Notes under the pieces: generated by a model | Databases searched by the model: none | Told to the model about the DNA's origin: nothing | Seen by the model: only the letters and a program-made list of their open reading frames with translations | In this document: piece after piece, positions 38,428 to 49,434 of the stretch | How the letters are laid out: every line of letters starts with the position of its first letter | How positions within the stretch are numbered: the stretch's first letter is position 1 | Translations under genes and position numbers: made by a program | Assembly (NCBI GenBank): GCA_965238175.1 | Contig: CBDEGZ010000003.1 | Coordinates: 1,504,001-1,568,000, forward strand | Source: Gammaproteobacteria bacterium | Lineage (GTDB): Bacteria > Pseudomonadota > Gammaproteobacteria > CAJXQU01 | Direction: 5' to 3' | Length of the DNA stretch: 64,000 bases

Positions 38428-40046
38428 CAACACCTTTGCTACAGATCTCTAATCTAAAAGTTTGTTTTGGATCGACGCCAGCTGTTGATGAAATTGATCT
38501 GATAATTAACAAGGGTGAAACCTTCGTTCTGTTGGGTGAATCTGGTTGTGGAAAGTCAATGTCTGCAATGTGCATTATGCAGTTGTTACCCAATACGGCG
38601 AAGATTGAATCCGGACAAATATTGTTAGATGGCGAAGATTTATTAAAATTGCCTGAGTCGGAAATTCGTAACATACGCGGTGGCAAGGTTGGAATGATTT
38701 TCCAGGAGCCACAGACATCATTAAATCCGGTGATGACGATTGGTGATCAAATTGCAGAATCTGTTTTATGTCATAGTCGGATGATCAGTAAAAAAGCGGT
38801 TCGCACTCGCGTTATACAATTACTTAATGATGTCGGAATTTCCGATGCAGAACGACGATATGCAGAATACCCGCATCAGTTTTCGGGTGGAATGAAACAA
38901 CGCGTAATGATCGCAATTGCATTAGCGGGTGAGCCTGAATTATTGATCGCGGATGAGCCTTCAACGGCGCTTGATGTGACGATTCAAGCACAGGTTTTAG
39001 ATCTGCTTTTGAAATTACAAAAAGAACGCGATATGGCGATTCTGTTTATCACACATGATCTTGGTGTCGCAGCAAGAATGGCTGATCATGTCGGAGTGAT
39101 GTATGCCGGCAAAATTGTTGAAACGGCCGCGCGTGATCAATTCTTCAAAAAGCCTGCACATCCTTATTCGCAAAAGTTATTCGATGCTTTACCGCATAAA
39201 ATGAAACGAGAGTTAAGCGAAACGGATCATAAAACTGATCAAGAGAATAATGTGTTGTTGGAAGTTAAAAATCTAGATGTTCACTTTCCGATCAAAAAAG
39301 GTTTTTTCAGGCGTGTTGTTGGTCAGGTGCGAGCAGTTAATGACGTTTCATTAGTGTTAGAAAAAGGTAAAACCGTGGCAATGGTTGGTGAATCGGGCAG
39401 TGGAAAAACAACCTTTGGGAAAGGCGTTTTACAATTGATCAAACCTACCAATGGAACTGTGTTATTTGAAGGTCAAGATCTTACTAACTTGTCGCAGGCT
39501 GAATTACGCAAGCATCGCACCGATATCCAGATTGTTTTTCAGGATCCGTATTCTTCAATGAATCCGCGAATGATCGTCAGTGACATTATCGAAGAAGGTA
39601 TGATGGCACAGGGTATTGGTAAAAATAAACAGGAACGGGTTAGTCGTGTAGGGGAATTACTCGAACAAGTGGGTTTAGAGAAGGCCTTTCGACTTCGCTA
39701 TCCACATGAATTTTCTGGTGGTCAGCGACAACGAATTTGTATTGCTCGTGCGTTAGCGGTCGATCCTAAATTGATCATTTGTGATGAGCCGACCAGCGCA
39801 CTGGACGTGTCAGTACAATCGCAGATCCTGATCTTATTAAAAGATCTGCAAAACCGGCTTGGGTTGTCTTATTTATTTATTACCCACAATCTCGGTGTGG
39901 TGGAATATATTGCTGATAAAGTCGCGGTGATGTATCAAGGTGAGATTGTTGAGTATGGTGATGTTGCTCAGGTATTATATCAACCACAGCATCCTTACAC
40001 ACAGAAATTATTGTCCGCTGTTTTGACTGTAGATACTGGTACATAA
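38424..40046 (+). CDS. ABC transporter ATP-binding protein, fused dual ATPase (DppD/F)
   Basis: Two Walker A motifs (GESGCGKS, GESGSGKT) and YPHQFSGG / YPHEFSGGQRQR. Confidence 0.94.
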   Translation: MTTPLLQISNLKVCFGSTPAVDEIDLIINKGETFVLLGESGCGKSMSAMCIMQLLPNTAKIESGQILLDGEDLLKLPESEIRNIRGGKVGMIFQEPQTSLNPVMTIGDQIAESVLCHSRMISKKAVRTRVIQLLNDVGISDAERRYAEYPHQFSGGMKQRVMIAIALAGEPELLIADEPSTALDVTIQAQVLDLLLKLQKERDMAILFITHDLGVAARMADHVGVMYAGKIVETAARDQFFKKPAHPYSQKLFDALPHKMKRELSETDHKTDQENNVLLEVKNLDVHFPIKKGFFRRVVGQVRAVNDVSLVLEKGKTVAMVGESGSGKTTFGKGVLQLIKPTNGTVLFEGQDLTNLSQAELRKHRTDIQIVFQDPYSSMNPRMIVSDIIEEGMMAQGIGKNKQERVSRVGELLEQVGLEKAFRLRYPHEFSGGQRQRICIARALAVDPKLIICDEPTSALDVSVQSQILILLKDLQNRLGLSYLFITHNLGVVEYIADKVAVMYQGEIVEYGDVAQVLYQPQHPYTQKLLSAVLTVDTGT

Positions 40047-40150
40047 ATTTTGCGAGATAGTGGGAAGTATTGCTGAACAAACTGATCTGGCGTAATGTTA
40101 CCTTCACATTTCTAATACTAATTTTTAATACAAAAATGGATCGATAAGAT

Positions 40151-40531
40151 ATGAACCTCGAAAAAGTCATCTTTGGTTTTTTTATAGTCCTGGCATTAAC
40201 GCTTAACTTTGGTTTTTTCCTCGGGGAGATTGATAACCCGAGCCACCACCCTGTCTATGAATTATTTGCAGTGATCGTAGTTAATTTGATCGCTACAGTA
40301 TTGAAGTTTGGGGATAGAACTCAAATCGGAGCAGTGTTGTTGGCGACCAGTTTAGTGGCCGATTTACAATTGATTGCCGCCGCAGGACTTTGGGCCTACG
40401 GCGTAATGGGATTAGGAGGAATGACACCGGAATTGATGGCAAGTATTGTTTCACTGTCTGGCGGTGCCTTGCTGGCGAACATTGTTTCTGTCGTATTATT
40501 GGTGCTTGAAACAATAATGTTGCTACGCTAA
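40151..40531 (+). CDS. Small 4-TM membrane protein (DUF6394-like), K+ channel partner
   Basis: MNLEKVIFGFFIVLALTLNFGF...LATSLVADLQL. Directly precedes the channel gene. Confidence 0.7.
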   Translation: MNLEKVIFGFFIVLALTLNFGFFLGEIDNPSHHPVYELFAVIVVNLIATVLKFGDRTQIGAVLLATSLVADLQLIAAAGLWAYGVMGLGGMTPELMASIVSLSGGALLANIVSVVLLVLETIMLLR

Positions 40532-40587
40532 CCTTTTTGTTCTTATTCTCAAATTCAAATCAGATCTGACATAAAACAAAGACTAAT

Positions 40588-42291
40588 ATGAACCGAGTGG
40601 TCTGGCTAGTTTTAAGGCGAATGCGCCAGCCATTGTTGGTGCTGATCAGTGTCTACAGTATTTCTATCCTTGGTATGGTTCTGGTGCCTGGTTCCGAACA
40701 AAATGGTCAGGCTACACACATGGATTTCTTCCATGCGATCTATTTTGTTAGTTACACTTCAACAACCATTGGTTTTGGCGAAATTCCCATCGCTTTTTCT
40801 TATGCACAGCGAATGTGGGCAATGGTTTGCATATATATGAGCGTAGTTGCCTGGCTTTATTCTATTGGTTCGATTCTCACTCTCATTCAGGATAAGGCAT
40901 TTCGACAAGCAATGGTTGAACGCAGTTTCGCGCGCGGTGTCCGGAAAATAAAAGAACCTTTTTATCTACAATGTGGCTATGGAGAAGCGGGGGCGTTATT
41001 AGTTCAGGCGCTTACAAATTACAATATTCGTATGGTTGTGATTGATAAAAGCCAAGATCGTATTAATGAGTTGAGTTTACAAGATCAAAAGTTACCGCTT
41101 CATGTCCCAGGTTTATGTGCAGATGCAAAAGTACCTGAGCACTTATTAGAAGCGGGGTTAAAACATCCACTTTGTTCAAGAGTTATAGCACTGACAGACA
41201 GTGATCGGATTAATCTCAAAATAGCCCTCACCAGTAAATTGCTTAACCCAAAGCTTAAAGTTGTTGCCAGCGCAAGTAATGCAGAAACCCAGGCAAATAT
41301 TGCCTCCTTTGGAACCGAAGATATTGTCGATGCATTTGGAATATTTGCGGAAACAATCGCGCTTGCATTACATTCACCTGATCAGTATTTGCTACGAGAA
41401 TGGTTGTCAGGGATTTCGCATCGTAAATTTATAAAACCACGTGTACCACCAAGAGGAAAATGGATTATTTGTGGTTACGGTCGCCTGGGTCATTTTTTGA
41501 TCCAACATCTCGAAGATGAAGATTTACCAACTGTCGTTATAGAATCCAACGATCAAATAGAAGCTCCTCCAGAAGGCATGATTATTGGAACGGGAACCGA
41601 GGCTCATACTCTGCATGAAGCTGGTGTTGAAGGAGCCGTTGGAATTGTTGCTGGCACGGATGATGACCCGAATAATTTGTCGATTATTATGACGGCACGA
41701 GAATTAAACCCTGATCTATTTGTTGTCGCTCGTCAGAATAGAGAATCAAACACGGCGCTGTTTGAGGCACTGGATGCGGATATGATTTTGAACCCTGGGC
41801 AGGTGCTTGCTGATAAAATTCGTGGTTTGGTGACGATGCCTAGATTATCCGAGTTTTTTCAATATGTTTCGCAATATGATAATGAATGGGCAAAGGGCTT
41901 GTTTAATCGTTTGGATGAATTGATTGGGACTGAGACTAATCCTGATATTTGGGTGGTGAAAATTAATCAAGCCAATGCGCCTGCGCTGCTTGAGATCTTA
42001 CTTTACGACAATGAAATGATAATTGAACAATTATTAACTCATCCATACAAAAGGGATACTCAACTAAAAGCATATCCACTTTTTTTGATCCGCGGTGAAG
42101 AGCATCGGGTTATGCCTTCGGTAAAAACAGCTTTGAAGCCTCTCGATAGAATATTATTTTGTGGTGTTGATCATGCATATCACCGAATGCAATTATTGAT
42201 TAATGATCGCTATTTGTTAGATCAAGTTGTGTTAGGTCAGGATATTCCTCGTAGTACAGTTTTGCGGTGGGTACTTGAGCACAGTAAATAG
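40588..42291 (+). CDS. Potassium channel protein with two RCK/TrkA-N NAD-binding domains
   Basis: Pore motif TTIGFGE and two CGYG Rossmann motifs. Confidence 0.88.
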   Translation: MNRVVWLVLRRMRQPLLVLISVYSISILGMVLVPGSEQNGQATHMDFFHAIYFVSYTSTTIGFGEIPIAFSYAQRMWAMVCIYMSVVAWLYSIGSILTLIQDKAFRQAMVERSFARGVRKIKEPFYLQCGYGEAGALLVQALTNYNIRMVVIDKSQDRINELSLQDQKLPLHVPGLCADAKVPEHLLEAGLKHPLCSRVIALTDSDRINLKIALTSKLLNPKLKVVASASNAETQANIASFGTEDIVDAFGIFAETIALALHSPDQYLLREWLSGISHRKFIKPRVPPRGKWIICGYGRLGHFLIQHLEDEDLPTVVIESNDQIEAPPEGMIIGTGTEAHTLHEAGVEGAVGIVAGTDDDPNNLSIIMTARELNPDLFVVARQNRESNTALFEALDADMILNPGQVLADKIRGLVTMPRLSEFFQYVSQYDNEWAKGLFNRLDELIGTETNPDIWVVKINQANAPALLEILLYDNEMIIEQLLTHPYKRDTQLKAYPLFLIRGEEHRVMPSVKTALKPLDRILFCGVDHAYHRMQLLINDRYLLDQVVLGQDIPRSTVLRWVLEHSK

Positions 42292-42408
42292 GATTGCTGG
42301 AGGGCTATCTAGCACTTTCTATTCCAGTAGACTCTTGGATCGGCTACAATCCGTGGCGCATCCTATTGGCTCATCTTAAGGTTCCTTAATTAATAACAAC
42401 TCTCGTTT

Positions 42409-44199
42409 ATGAAGAATATCCGTAATTTCTCTATTATTGCCCATATTGATCATGGCAAATCGACCTTGGCCGATCGGTTTATTCAAACTTGTGGAGGCCT
42501 GGCTGATCGAGAGATGGAAGCACAAGTCCTTGACTCTATGGATTTGGAGCGCGAGCGTGGAATTACGATAAAAGCACAAAGTGTGACCTTAGACTACAAG
42601 GCCAAAGACGGTGAAATCTATAAGCTGAATTTTATCGACACACCTGGACACGTTGATTTCACCTATGAAGTTTCGCGATCATTAGCGGCTTGCGAAGGTG
42701 CATTATTAGTGGTTGATGCAGCGCAAGGTGTGGAAGCACAAAGTGTTGCAAATTGCCACACGGCGGTAGATCAAGGGTTGGAAGTAGTTCCAGTATTAAA
42801 CAAGATAGATTTGCCCGCAGCAGAGCCCGAACGTGCGGCACAAGAAATAGAAGATGTCATTGGTATAGATGCAACGGAAGCATTACAGGTCAGTGCAAAA
42901 TCCGGAATAGGGATTGATGATTTATTGGAAATGATCGTTGATAAAATACCTGCGCCAGTGGGAGATCCAGAAGCACCGCTTAAAGCATTAATTATCGACT
43001 CCTGGTTTGATAATTATCTTGGTGTTATCTCTTTAGTCCGGATTGTTGACGGGGTTCTTAAAAAGAACGTGAAGATAAAAATGATGTCGACTGGTCGTGA
43101 TTGGGGGGTTGATCGCTTAGGAATATTCACACCAAAACGGGTTGAACTAGAGGAGCTAAGAACCGGTGACGTTGGTTGGGTAGTTGCTGGGATCAAAGAA
43201 ATAGACGGTGCGCCAGTTGGTGATACGATTACTGATGCTGGTAAACCAGCGGCGGAGCCTTTAACAGGGTTTCAGACGATTAAACCAAATGTCTTTGCAG
43301 GTTTATATCCAATAGACTCTGGCCAATACGAGGACTTTCGTGAAGCCTTATCTAAACTGCGGTTGAATGATGCCGCGTTGTTTTATGAACCAGAAGTGTC
43401 AGAAGCATTAGGGTTTGGTTTCCGTTGTGGTTTCCTTGGCATGCTGCATATGGAGATCATTCAGGAGCGGTTAGAACGTGAGTACGAAATGGAGCTAATC
43501 ACAACAGCTCCAACGGTTGTGTATCAGGTGTTGATGACTTCTAGTGAAGAAATATACATTGATAACCCGGCAAAACTTCCTCCCCAGAACACTATTGAAG
43601 AAATCAGAGAGCCGATGATCCAGGTCGATATACTGGTCCCTCAGGATTATGTTGGTAATGTCATTACGTTATGTGTTGAAAAACGTGGTATGCAAACCAA
43701 ACTTCAATACCTTGGTAATCAGGTGTCAGTCTCTTATGAGTTACCGATGAGCGAAATGGTGTTGGACTTTTTTGATCGGCTCAAATCAGTCACGCGTGGT
43801 TATGCATCGCTGGATTATCATTTTACCCGCTATAACCCAGCGAAGATGGTGAAACTGGATATAATGATCAACGGGGAACAAGTCGACGCGCTTTCCGTCA
43901 TCGTGCATTTGGAACATTCGCAACGACGAGGACGTGAACTTGCCGCAAAAATGCGTGAGATAATTCCTCGACAAATGTACGAAGTTGCGATACAGGCAAC
44001 GATTGGATCAAAAATTATTGCACGAGAAAATGTCAAAGCTATGCGCAAAAATGTAACTGCAAAATGTTATGGTGGTGATATTTCCCGAAAACGAAAGTTG
44101 TTGGAAAAACAAAAAGCTGGGAAGAAACGAATGAAACAATTTGGATCAATAGAGATCCCACAAGAAGCCTTTATGGCCGTACTGTCAACAGGAAAATAA
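42409..44199 (+). CDS. lepA: Translation elongation factor 4 (LepA)
   Basis: [43 protein letters not shown]. Confidence 0.98.
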   Translation: MKNIRNFSIIAHIDHGKSTLADRFIQTCGGLADREMEAQVLDSMDLERERGITIKAQSVTLDYKAKDGEIYKLNFIDTPGHVDFTYEVSRSLAACEGALLVVDAAQGVEAQSVANCHTAVDQGLEVVPVLNKIDLPAAEPERAAQEIEDVIGIDATEALQVSAKSGIGIDDLLEMIVDKIPAPVGDPEAPLKALIIDSWFDNYLGVISLVRIVDGVLKKNVKIKMMSTGRDWGVDRLGIFTPKRVELEELRTGDVGWVVAGIKEIDGAPVGDTITDAGKPAAEPLTGFQTIKPNVFAGLYPIDSGQYEDFREALSKLRLNDAALFYEPEVSEALGFGFRCGFLGMLHMEIIQERLEREYEMELITTAPTVVYQVLMTSSEEIYIDNPAKLPPQNTIEEIREPMIQVDILVPQDYVGNVITLCVEKRGMQTKLQYLGNQVSVSYELPMSEMVLDFFDRLKSVTRGYASLDYHFTRYNPAKMVKLDIMINGEQVDALSVIVHLEHSQRRGRELAAKMREIIPRQMYEVAIQATIGSKIIARENVKAMRKNVTAKCYGGDISRKRKLLEKQKAGKKRMKQFGSIEIPQEAFMAVLSTGK

Positions 44200-44202
44200 G
44201 TT

Positions 44203-45024
44203 ATGACAATGGATTTTTCAGCACTTTTAGTTTTGCTTACTTTTGTGAGTGGCATTATTTGGCTATTTGATCATTTATTTTTACTACCGCGTCGTAAAGA
44301 AAAATTGAATGCTCCCGGTTCTGATATTGATCAAGAGTTAACAGAATCAATTTTAAGGCCTTCAACCCTGGTCGACTATGCACGATCTTTCTTTCCGATT
44401 TTTTTGATCGTTTTATTACTACGATCATTTCTGGTTGAGCCATTTCGTATTCCTTCAAATTCTATGATGCCAACATTATTAACCGGTGATTTTATTTTGG
44501 TGAATAAGTTTGATTATGGAATAAGACTACCCGTGATCAATAAAAAAATTATTCCTTTTGGTAATCCAGGGCGTGGCGATGTTTTGGTATTCAGATATCC
44601 CGAAGATGACAAAACACCGTTTATCAAACGTGTGGTAGGTATTCCTGGTGATCGCATTAGTTATATCGATAAACAACTCACTTTGAATGGGGAGAAAGTC
44701 GAGCTGGATAAGATTGGACTCTATCAGGGCGTTGGATCAGGAGTAGGTATGACAGGTGCTAATATTTTACAAGAAAACCTGGATCCTATTATGCATAGTA
44801 TTTTGACGTCGCCAGATAGGAGTAGTCGTGGTGTGATTGATTTTACTGTGCCTGATGGAGAATATTTTGTGATGGGTGACAACCGAGATAATAGTTTAGA
44901 TAGTCGATTCTGGGGAACGGTACCTGATGAAAATATTATTGGTCGAGCTTTTAGAATCTGGATGTATTGGGATATGAAAAGTGAAGGTATGGATTGGAAT
45001 CGAATTGGGAAAAAGATCCAATAG
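44203..45024 (+). CDS. lepB: Signal peptidase I
   Basis: EPFRIPSNSMMPTL, FIKRVVG, GDNRDNSLDSRFWG. Confidence 0.97.
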   Translation: MTMDFSALLVLLTFVSGIIWLFDHLFLLPRRKEKLNAPGSDIDQELTESILRPSTLVDYARSFFPIFLIVLLLRSFLVEPFRIPSNSMMPTLLTGDFILVNKFDYGIRLPVINKKIIPFGNPGRGDVLVFRYPEDDKTPFIKRVVGIPGDRISYIDKQLTLNGEKVELDKIGLYQGVGSGVGMTGANILQENLDPIMHSILTSPDRSSRGVIDFTVPDGEYFVMGDNRDNSLDSRFWGTVPDENIIGRAFRIWMYWDMKSEGMDWNRIGKKIQ

Positions 45025-45067
45025 TTAAATCTATAGGTTTATATAAAGAATAGTGGAGAGGGTAATC

Positions 45068-45469
45068 ATGTTAGCAAAGAATAAACAGAAGGGTGTTACT
45101 TTTTTAGGTTTCCTGATCGTTTGTGGGTTAATGATATTCTTTGCCTACTTAGGAATGCGTTTATGGCCAGTTTATAATGAAAAGATAAAGATTGACGGTG
45201 CGTTGGAGACAGTTGCAGCTCGTCCTGATATTGCGACGCTAAGTAAAAATAAGATCGGAGATTACATTCTTGGATCATTTGCTGTAGAGGATGTAGATCA
45301 ATTTGCGACATTGAAAGATATGAAAGATGTTTTTTCGGTTAAAAAAATAAAAGGTAAGAAAAAACGCATAGTGAGAATGGCGTATGAAATCCGACGACCA
45401 CTTTTTTCCAATCTAGACGTTATAATGAAATATGATAAAAGTCTCGAGATTGATGGAACAGGTCGATAG
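45068..45469 (+). CDS. DUF4845 family protein (pilin-like N-terminus)
   Basis: KQKGVTFLGFLI motif. Conserved position between lepB and rnc. Confidence 0.8.
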   Translation: MLAKNKQKGVTFLGFLIVCGLMIFFAYLGMRLWPVYNEKIKIDGALETVAARPDIATLSKNKIGDYILGSFAVEDVDQFATLKDMKDVFSVKKIKGKKKRIVRMAYEIRRPLFSNLDVIMKYDKSLEIDGTGR

Positions 45470-46170
45470 TGTCTGAAAATAGTTTGTCGTATAACAAATT
45501 AAAGAAAATATTAAATTATGAATTTAACGATCTGAGTTTGCTTGAAACAGCTTTAACGCACTGCAGTGCAGGTAACCCAAATAACGAGAGGCTTGAGTTT
45601 CTTGGTGATGCAATTCTCGGGGCAATTATTGCTGATGAACTTCATCATCGATTTCCCGAAGGTAGTGAGGGTCAAATGACCCGTCTTCGATCGTCCTTAG
45701 TAAAAAAACAAACGCTCGCCAAACTTGGAAGAGATCTTGAACTCGGTTCGTATTTGAAGTTGGGCGAAGGAGAGATGAAAACGGGAGGATGGCGTCGTGC
45801 ATCTATTCTTGAAAATACCATTGAAGCAATAATAGGTGCAGTATATTTGGACAGTGGTTTTGATCGTTGTCGATTATTTGTGAAAGATATTTTTAAAGCA
45901 TTACTGGGGTCAATCACGCTCGAAGATATTCAAAAAGATCCTAAAACAACTTTGCAAGAATATCTGCAGTCACAAAAAAAGTCTGTTCCAAGTTATGAAG
46001 TTTTGTCTTCCACAGGTAAGTCCCATGAGCAAATTTTCACGGTGAGTTGTTCGTGCGAGTTATTACCAGCAGCTATTCAAGCACAAGGTGCTAGTCGTCG
46101 AAAGGCAGAGCAAGCTGCTGCCCAGCAAGTGCTCGATTTCATCCAACAACAAAAATCGGACAACTCGTGA
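45469..46170 (+). CDS. rnc: Ribonuclease III
   Basis: NERLEFLGDA and dsRBD KDPKTTLQEYLQ. Confidence 0.97.
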   Translation: MSENSLSYNKLKKILNYEFNDLSLLETALTHCSAGNPNNERLEFLGDAILGAIIADELHHRFPEGSEGQMTRLRSSLVKKQTLAKLGRDLELGSYLKLGEGEMKTGGWRRASILENTIEAIIGAVYLDSGFDRCRLFVKDIFKALLGSITLEDIQKDPKTTLQEYLQSQKKSVPSYEVLSSTGKSHEQIFTVSCSCELLPAAIQAQGASRRKAEQAAAQQVLDFIQQQKSDNS

Positions 46171-47072
46171 ATGAACAAGCACAAAAATTCGTATGTGGAT
46201 CGGTCGCAATTATTGGACGACCCAATGTTGGTAAGTCTACTTTTCTGAATCATTCAATTGGTCAAAAGATCAGTATTACTTCCAGGAAACCCCAGACTAC
46301 AAGACATCAAATTCTTGGTATAAAAACATCGGATGATTCGCAAATTATTTATGTGGATACACCAGGATTACAGTTGAAACCTGATCGAGCTTTAAACCGT
46401 GGTATGAATAAAGAGGTTATGCGGGCGGTATTGGAAGTTGATGCTGTTTTATTTATGGTTGAAGCTGGAAAGTGGACACCTGCCGATGAAAACGCGTCGG
46501 TTTTGATCAAGCAAGCAAATGTGAAAATGATTCTTGTGGTCAATAAAATTGACAAAATCAAAAACAAAAAAGATCTTCTGCCTTTTATAAAAAAGATTAC
46601 CGAAACAATGGACTTTGCCGAGGTGATCCCTACGGCAGCCACGAAAGGTGATAATATTTCTATCGTTGAAGATGCAATAATTAAATGCTTACCCGTTGCA
46701 GATCCATGGTTTTCAGAAGATCAAATAACGGATCGTAGCGTACGTTTTTTGGCGGCGGAGATGATCCGGGAAAAATTGACCCGAAAACTAGGCGACGAAC
46801 TCCCTTATCGACTAAATGTAACTATTGATCAATTTAAAGAAGATGAAACGCTTGCCCATATTCATGCCACTGTTTGGGTAGAAAGTAAGGGACAGAAGAA
46901 GATCGTCATTGGTAAAAGTGGTTCTGTACTAAAAGCGGTTGGCGAAGAAGCGCGCTATGACATGCAAACAATGTTGGATAAGAAAGTGTTTTTAGAAACC
47001 TGGGTTAAGGTAAAAGAAAAATGGACAGACAATGTAAACGCCCTTAGTCAGTTTGGTCTAAGTAGTGAATAG
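46167..47072 (+). CDS. era: GTPase Era
   Basis: GRPNVGKST, KPQTTR, DTPG, NKID and KH domain. Confidence 0.97.
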   Translation: MNEQAQKFVCGSVAIIGRPNVGKSTFLNHSIGQKISITSRKPQTTRHQILGIKTSDDSQIIYVDTPGLQLKPDRALNRGMNKEVMRAVLEVDAVLFMVEAGKWTPADENASVLIKQANVKMILVVNKIDKIKNKKDLLPFIKKITETMDFAEVIPTAATKGDNISIVEDAIIKCLPVADPWFSEDQITDRSVRFLAAEMIREKLTRKLGDELPYRLNVTIDQFKEDETLAHIHATVWVESKGQKKIVIGKSGSVLKAVGEEARYDMQTMLDKKVFLETWVKVKEKWTDNVNALSQFGLSSE

Positions 47073-47121
47073 AAAATAGCGAATAGGAAAACCGTGAAAA
47101 GAAAGACAGATAATTATTCAA

Positions 47122-47850
47122 ATGCGCGTTGAACTACATTCGTGTTTTTTGCTGCATAAAAAAGCCTATCGAGAAACAAGTTTGTTATTAGAAGTTTTCT
47201 CAAAAAAACATGGCCGTGTTGGTTTGATTTCTAAAGGTGGTGCAAACAAAAAGCTATTGAATCGAAATTTACAGTCATTCACACCCTTACAGATGTCTTG
47301 GTCAGGTCGAGGGGAATTGGGAAATCTAAATAATGCTGAACCTGAAGGGATACCCTTATTGCTTACTGGTGATAAATTATTCCTTGGATATTATCTTAAT
47401 GAATTGTTGATCAGATTGTTGCATCGATATGATCCACATCCTCAGTTGTTTAACATTTACCACCTTGCCCTTGCTCAATTAGTTGACACAAGCTGCATGG
47501 AATCTACATTACGATTATTTGAGAAAAGAATGCTGGAGCAACTGGGCTACGGATTAATTCTTGAACATGAAACAAGCTCAGGAACACAAATTGCTCCAGA
47601 TGCTATTTATGATTATATTTCAGGAAATGGTCCACGATTGATCAATTCAGCAGGTGTTAAGACAAGTGGTGTGAAGATAACTGGAGAGACAATACTGTTA
47701 CTCCAATCAGAGGCTTTACTAAAAAGTAAAGAGCATCGCGCTGAAGCAAAACGTCTTATGCGTTATTTACTCTCCCCGTTACTAGGTGATAAACCCCTGA
47801 AGACGAAAAAAATTTTTGAAACAATGAAGTTAAATGAGGTAATACAATGA
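47122..47850 (+). CDS. recO: DNA repair protein RecO
   Basis: LLHKKAYRETSLL, YLNELL, LRLFEKRML..LGYG. Follows era. Confidence 0.95.
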   Translation: MRVELHSCFLLHKKAYRETSLLLEVFSKKHGRVGLISKGGANKKLLNRNLQSFTPLQMSWSGRGELGNLNNAEPEGIPLLLTGDKLFLGYYLNELLIRLLHRYDPHPQLFNIYHLALAQLVDTSCMESTLRLFEKRMLEQLGYGLILEHETSSGTQIAPDAIYDYISGNGPRLINSAGVKTSGVKITGETILLLQSEALLKSKEHRAEAKRLMRYLLSPLLGDKPLKTKKIFETMKLNEVIQ

Positions 47851-48521
47851 GAGAAAGCAAATTACTTACGATCGCTTTAGCCAGTGTTTTTATGGCAAGT
47901 TGTAGTGAAGACCAAAATGATCAGGCGAAAAATATGGTTGAGAAGACAGCCACACCTGTAATTGAACAAGTAGAAAATATGACAGAACAAAATAGCGCGG
48001 GAATGACTAATGAAGTGAAAGAAACCGCTGCAAAGCTTATGGAAAAAGCTGAAGTCAAAGAGGTGGAAACACCAGCCACGAAAACAGAAATGGCAAAAAC
48101 TGAAGTAGCTTCTCCTAAGGAAGAACCAGTCAGTCAATCACCTGTTACAGAGCCTCAAACCCACATAGTAAAAGCTGCTGTAACCCAGTTTCGACCATTG
48201 GTTGTTTTCGCTCAGCCAGGAGATACTATTGTTTGGCAGAATATGAACGGTCATGACACGCGATCCATGAATGGCATGGTTCCGGAAGGTGCTGAAGGAT
48301 GGCAATCAAAATTGGGCGAGATCTTCAGCGTGACATTAGATAAAGAAGGTGCTTATCTTTACAAATGTACTCCACATGCTTCGCTAGGAATGATGGGTGC
48401 GATAATTGTTGGCAACTCGGATAATCTTGAGACAATTAAAACAGGTGTAGATTCAAGTGGAGAACCGAAAGGAATGGTGAAACGTGTGATCAGAAAAGTC
48501 GAAAAAGAGTTGGTTAAATAA
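47847..48521 (+). CDS. Lipid-anchored pseudoazurin (type-1 copper) with long linker
   Basis: Lipobox FMASC, an E/K/T/P-rich linker, then GHDT...YKCTPHASLGM (His, Cys, His, Met ligands). Confidence 0.85.
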   Translation: MRESKLLTIALASVFMASCSEDQNDQAKNMVEKTATPVIEQVENMTEQNSAGMTNEVKETAAKLMEKAEVKEVETPATKTEMAKTEVASPKEEPVSQSPVTEPQTHIVKAAVTQFRPLVVFAQPGDTIVWQNMNGHDTRSMNGMVPEGAEGWQSKLGEIFSVTLDKEGAYLYKCTPHASLGMMGAIIVGNSDNLETIKTGVDSSGEPKGMVKRVIRKVEKELVK

Positions 48522-48631
48522 CTATTAAATCAGGTAGGTAGCGTACTTTCAAGCATTCAGGAATCATTCATGAGAGATGCTGTATTATTTGTTACCACGG
48601 TAGTCAGCCGAATTGCTAATCGGTCAGTTTC

Positions 48632-48659
48632 TTGACACGGTGCTGCTGAGAGATAAACT
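48632..48659 (+). promoter_or_regulatory. Sigma70-type promoter of the second pseudoazurin
   Basis: TTGACA-N16-TAAACT, overlapped by inverted repeat CGGTGC...GCACCG. Confidence 0.5.
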
Positions 48660-48803
48660 ATGCACCGCTAGGATCTTTGAGAATGGGCTTCCGTGAGTGT
48701 CCAAGATAACAATAATTAAGACTGGACAGGGTGTACTGATGAACTGGAATGGATTGTGAATTTAGAATTTCACATGAAGATATAAAATAATTAGGAGAGT
48801 CAA

Positions 48804-49232
48804 ATGAACAAACAAATCTTTATAGGTTTTGCGGCTTTGGTTGCAGCTTTTTCAATTAACGTCAGTGCAGAAGAGCATGTCATAAAAGCAGCAGTAACCG
48901 CTTTTCGACCTTTAGTTGTCCATGCTCAACCGGGTGATACAATTGTCTGGCAAAATATGGCTGGTCATGACACATCATCAATGAACTCTATGATCCCTGA
49001 AGGTGCAGAAGCATGGCAATCAAAAATGGGTGAAATCTTCAGTATTACGGTTGAAAAAGAAGGTGCTTATTTATACAAATGTACACCACATGCTTCTTTA
49101 GGAATGATGGGTGCGATTATCGTGGGTAATGCAGATAACTTACCGGCGATTGAAGAAGGCGTAGATACTAGCGGTGAGCCTAAAGGAATGGTTAAACGCG
49201 TCATCAGAAAAGTTAAGAAGGAATTGAAATAG
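48804..49232 (+). CDS. Periplasmic pseudoazurin (type-1 copper)
   Basis: Sec signal ending VSA|EEH and GHDT...YKCTPHASLGMMGAIIVG. Near-identical to the C-terminal domain of 47847..48521. Confidence 0.9.
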   Translation: MNKQIFIGFAALVAAFSINVSAEEHVIKAAVTAFRPLVVHAQPGDTIVWQNMAGHDTSSMNSMIPEGAEAWQSKMGEIFSITVEKEGAYLYKCTPHASLGMMGAIIVGNADNLPAIEEGVDTSGEPKGMVKRVIRKVKKELK

Positions 49233-49269
49233 TCGATTCCATTAATCATCAAGATTAATAGGTAGTATG

Positions 49270-49303
49270 GGCAGTATCGCGTAAAGTGGTACTGCCTTTT
49301 TTT
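49270..49303 (+). terminator. Rho-independent terminator
   Basis: GGCAGTATCGC-GTAAA-GTGGTACTGCC followed by T7. Confidence 0.8.
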
Positions 49304-49434
49304 ATTTGGTCGGATATTTTCCTGAATCTGGTTGTCCAAGTACCACGTCAGAATCACATGCTGTATAGTATTCTGAAGATTCTTCACCAGAATAAATAAC
49401 TAAAAATAAAGTAATAGATCGGAGTGATGCTGAT

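Noticed and set aside
48755-48774. TGTGA...TCACA as a CRP/FNR site
   Set aside because: The spacer is 10 bp rather than 6. More likely a leader hairpin.
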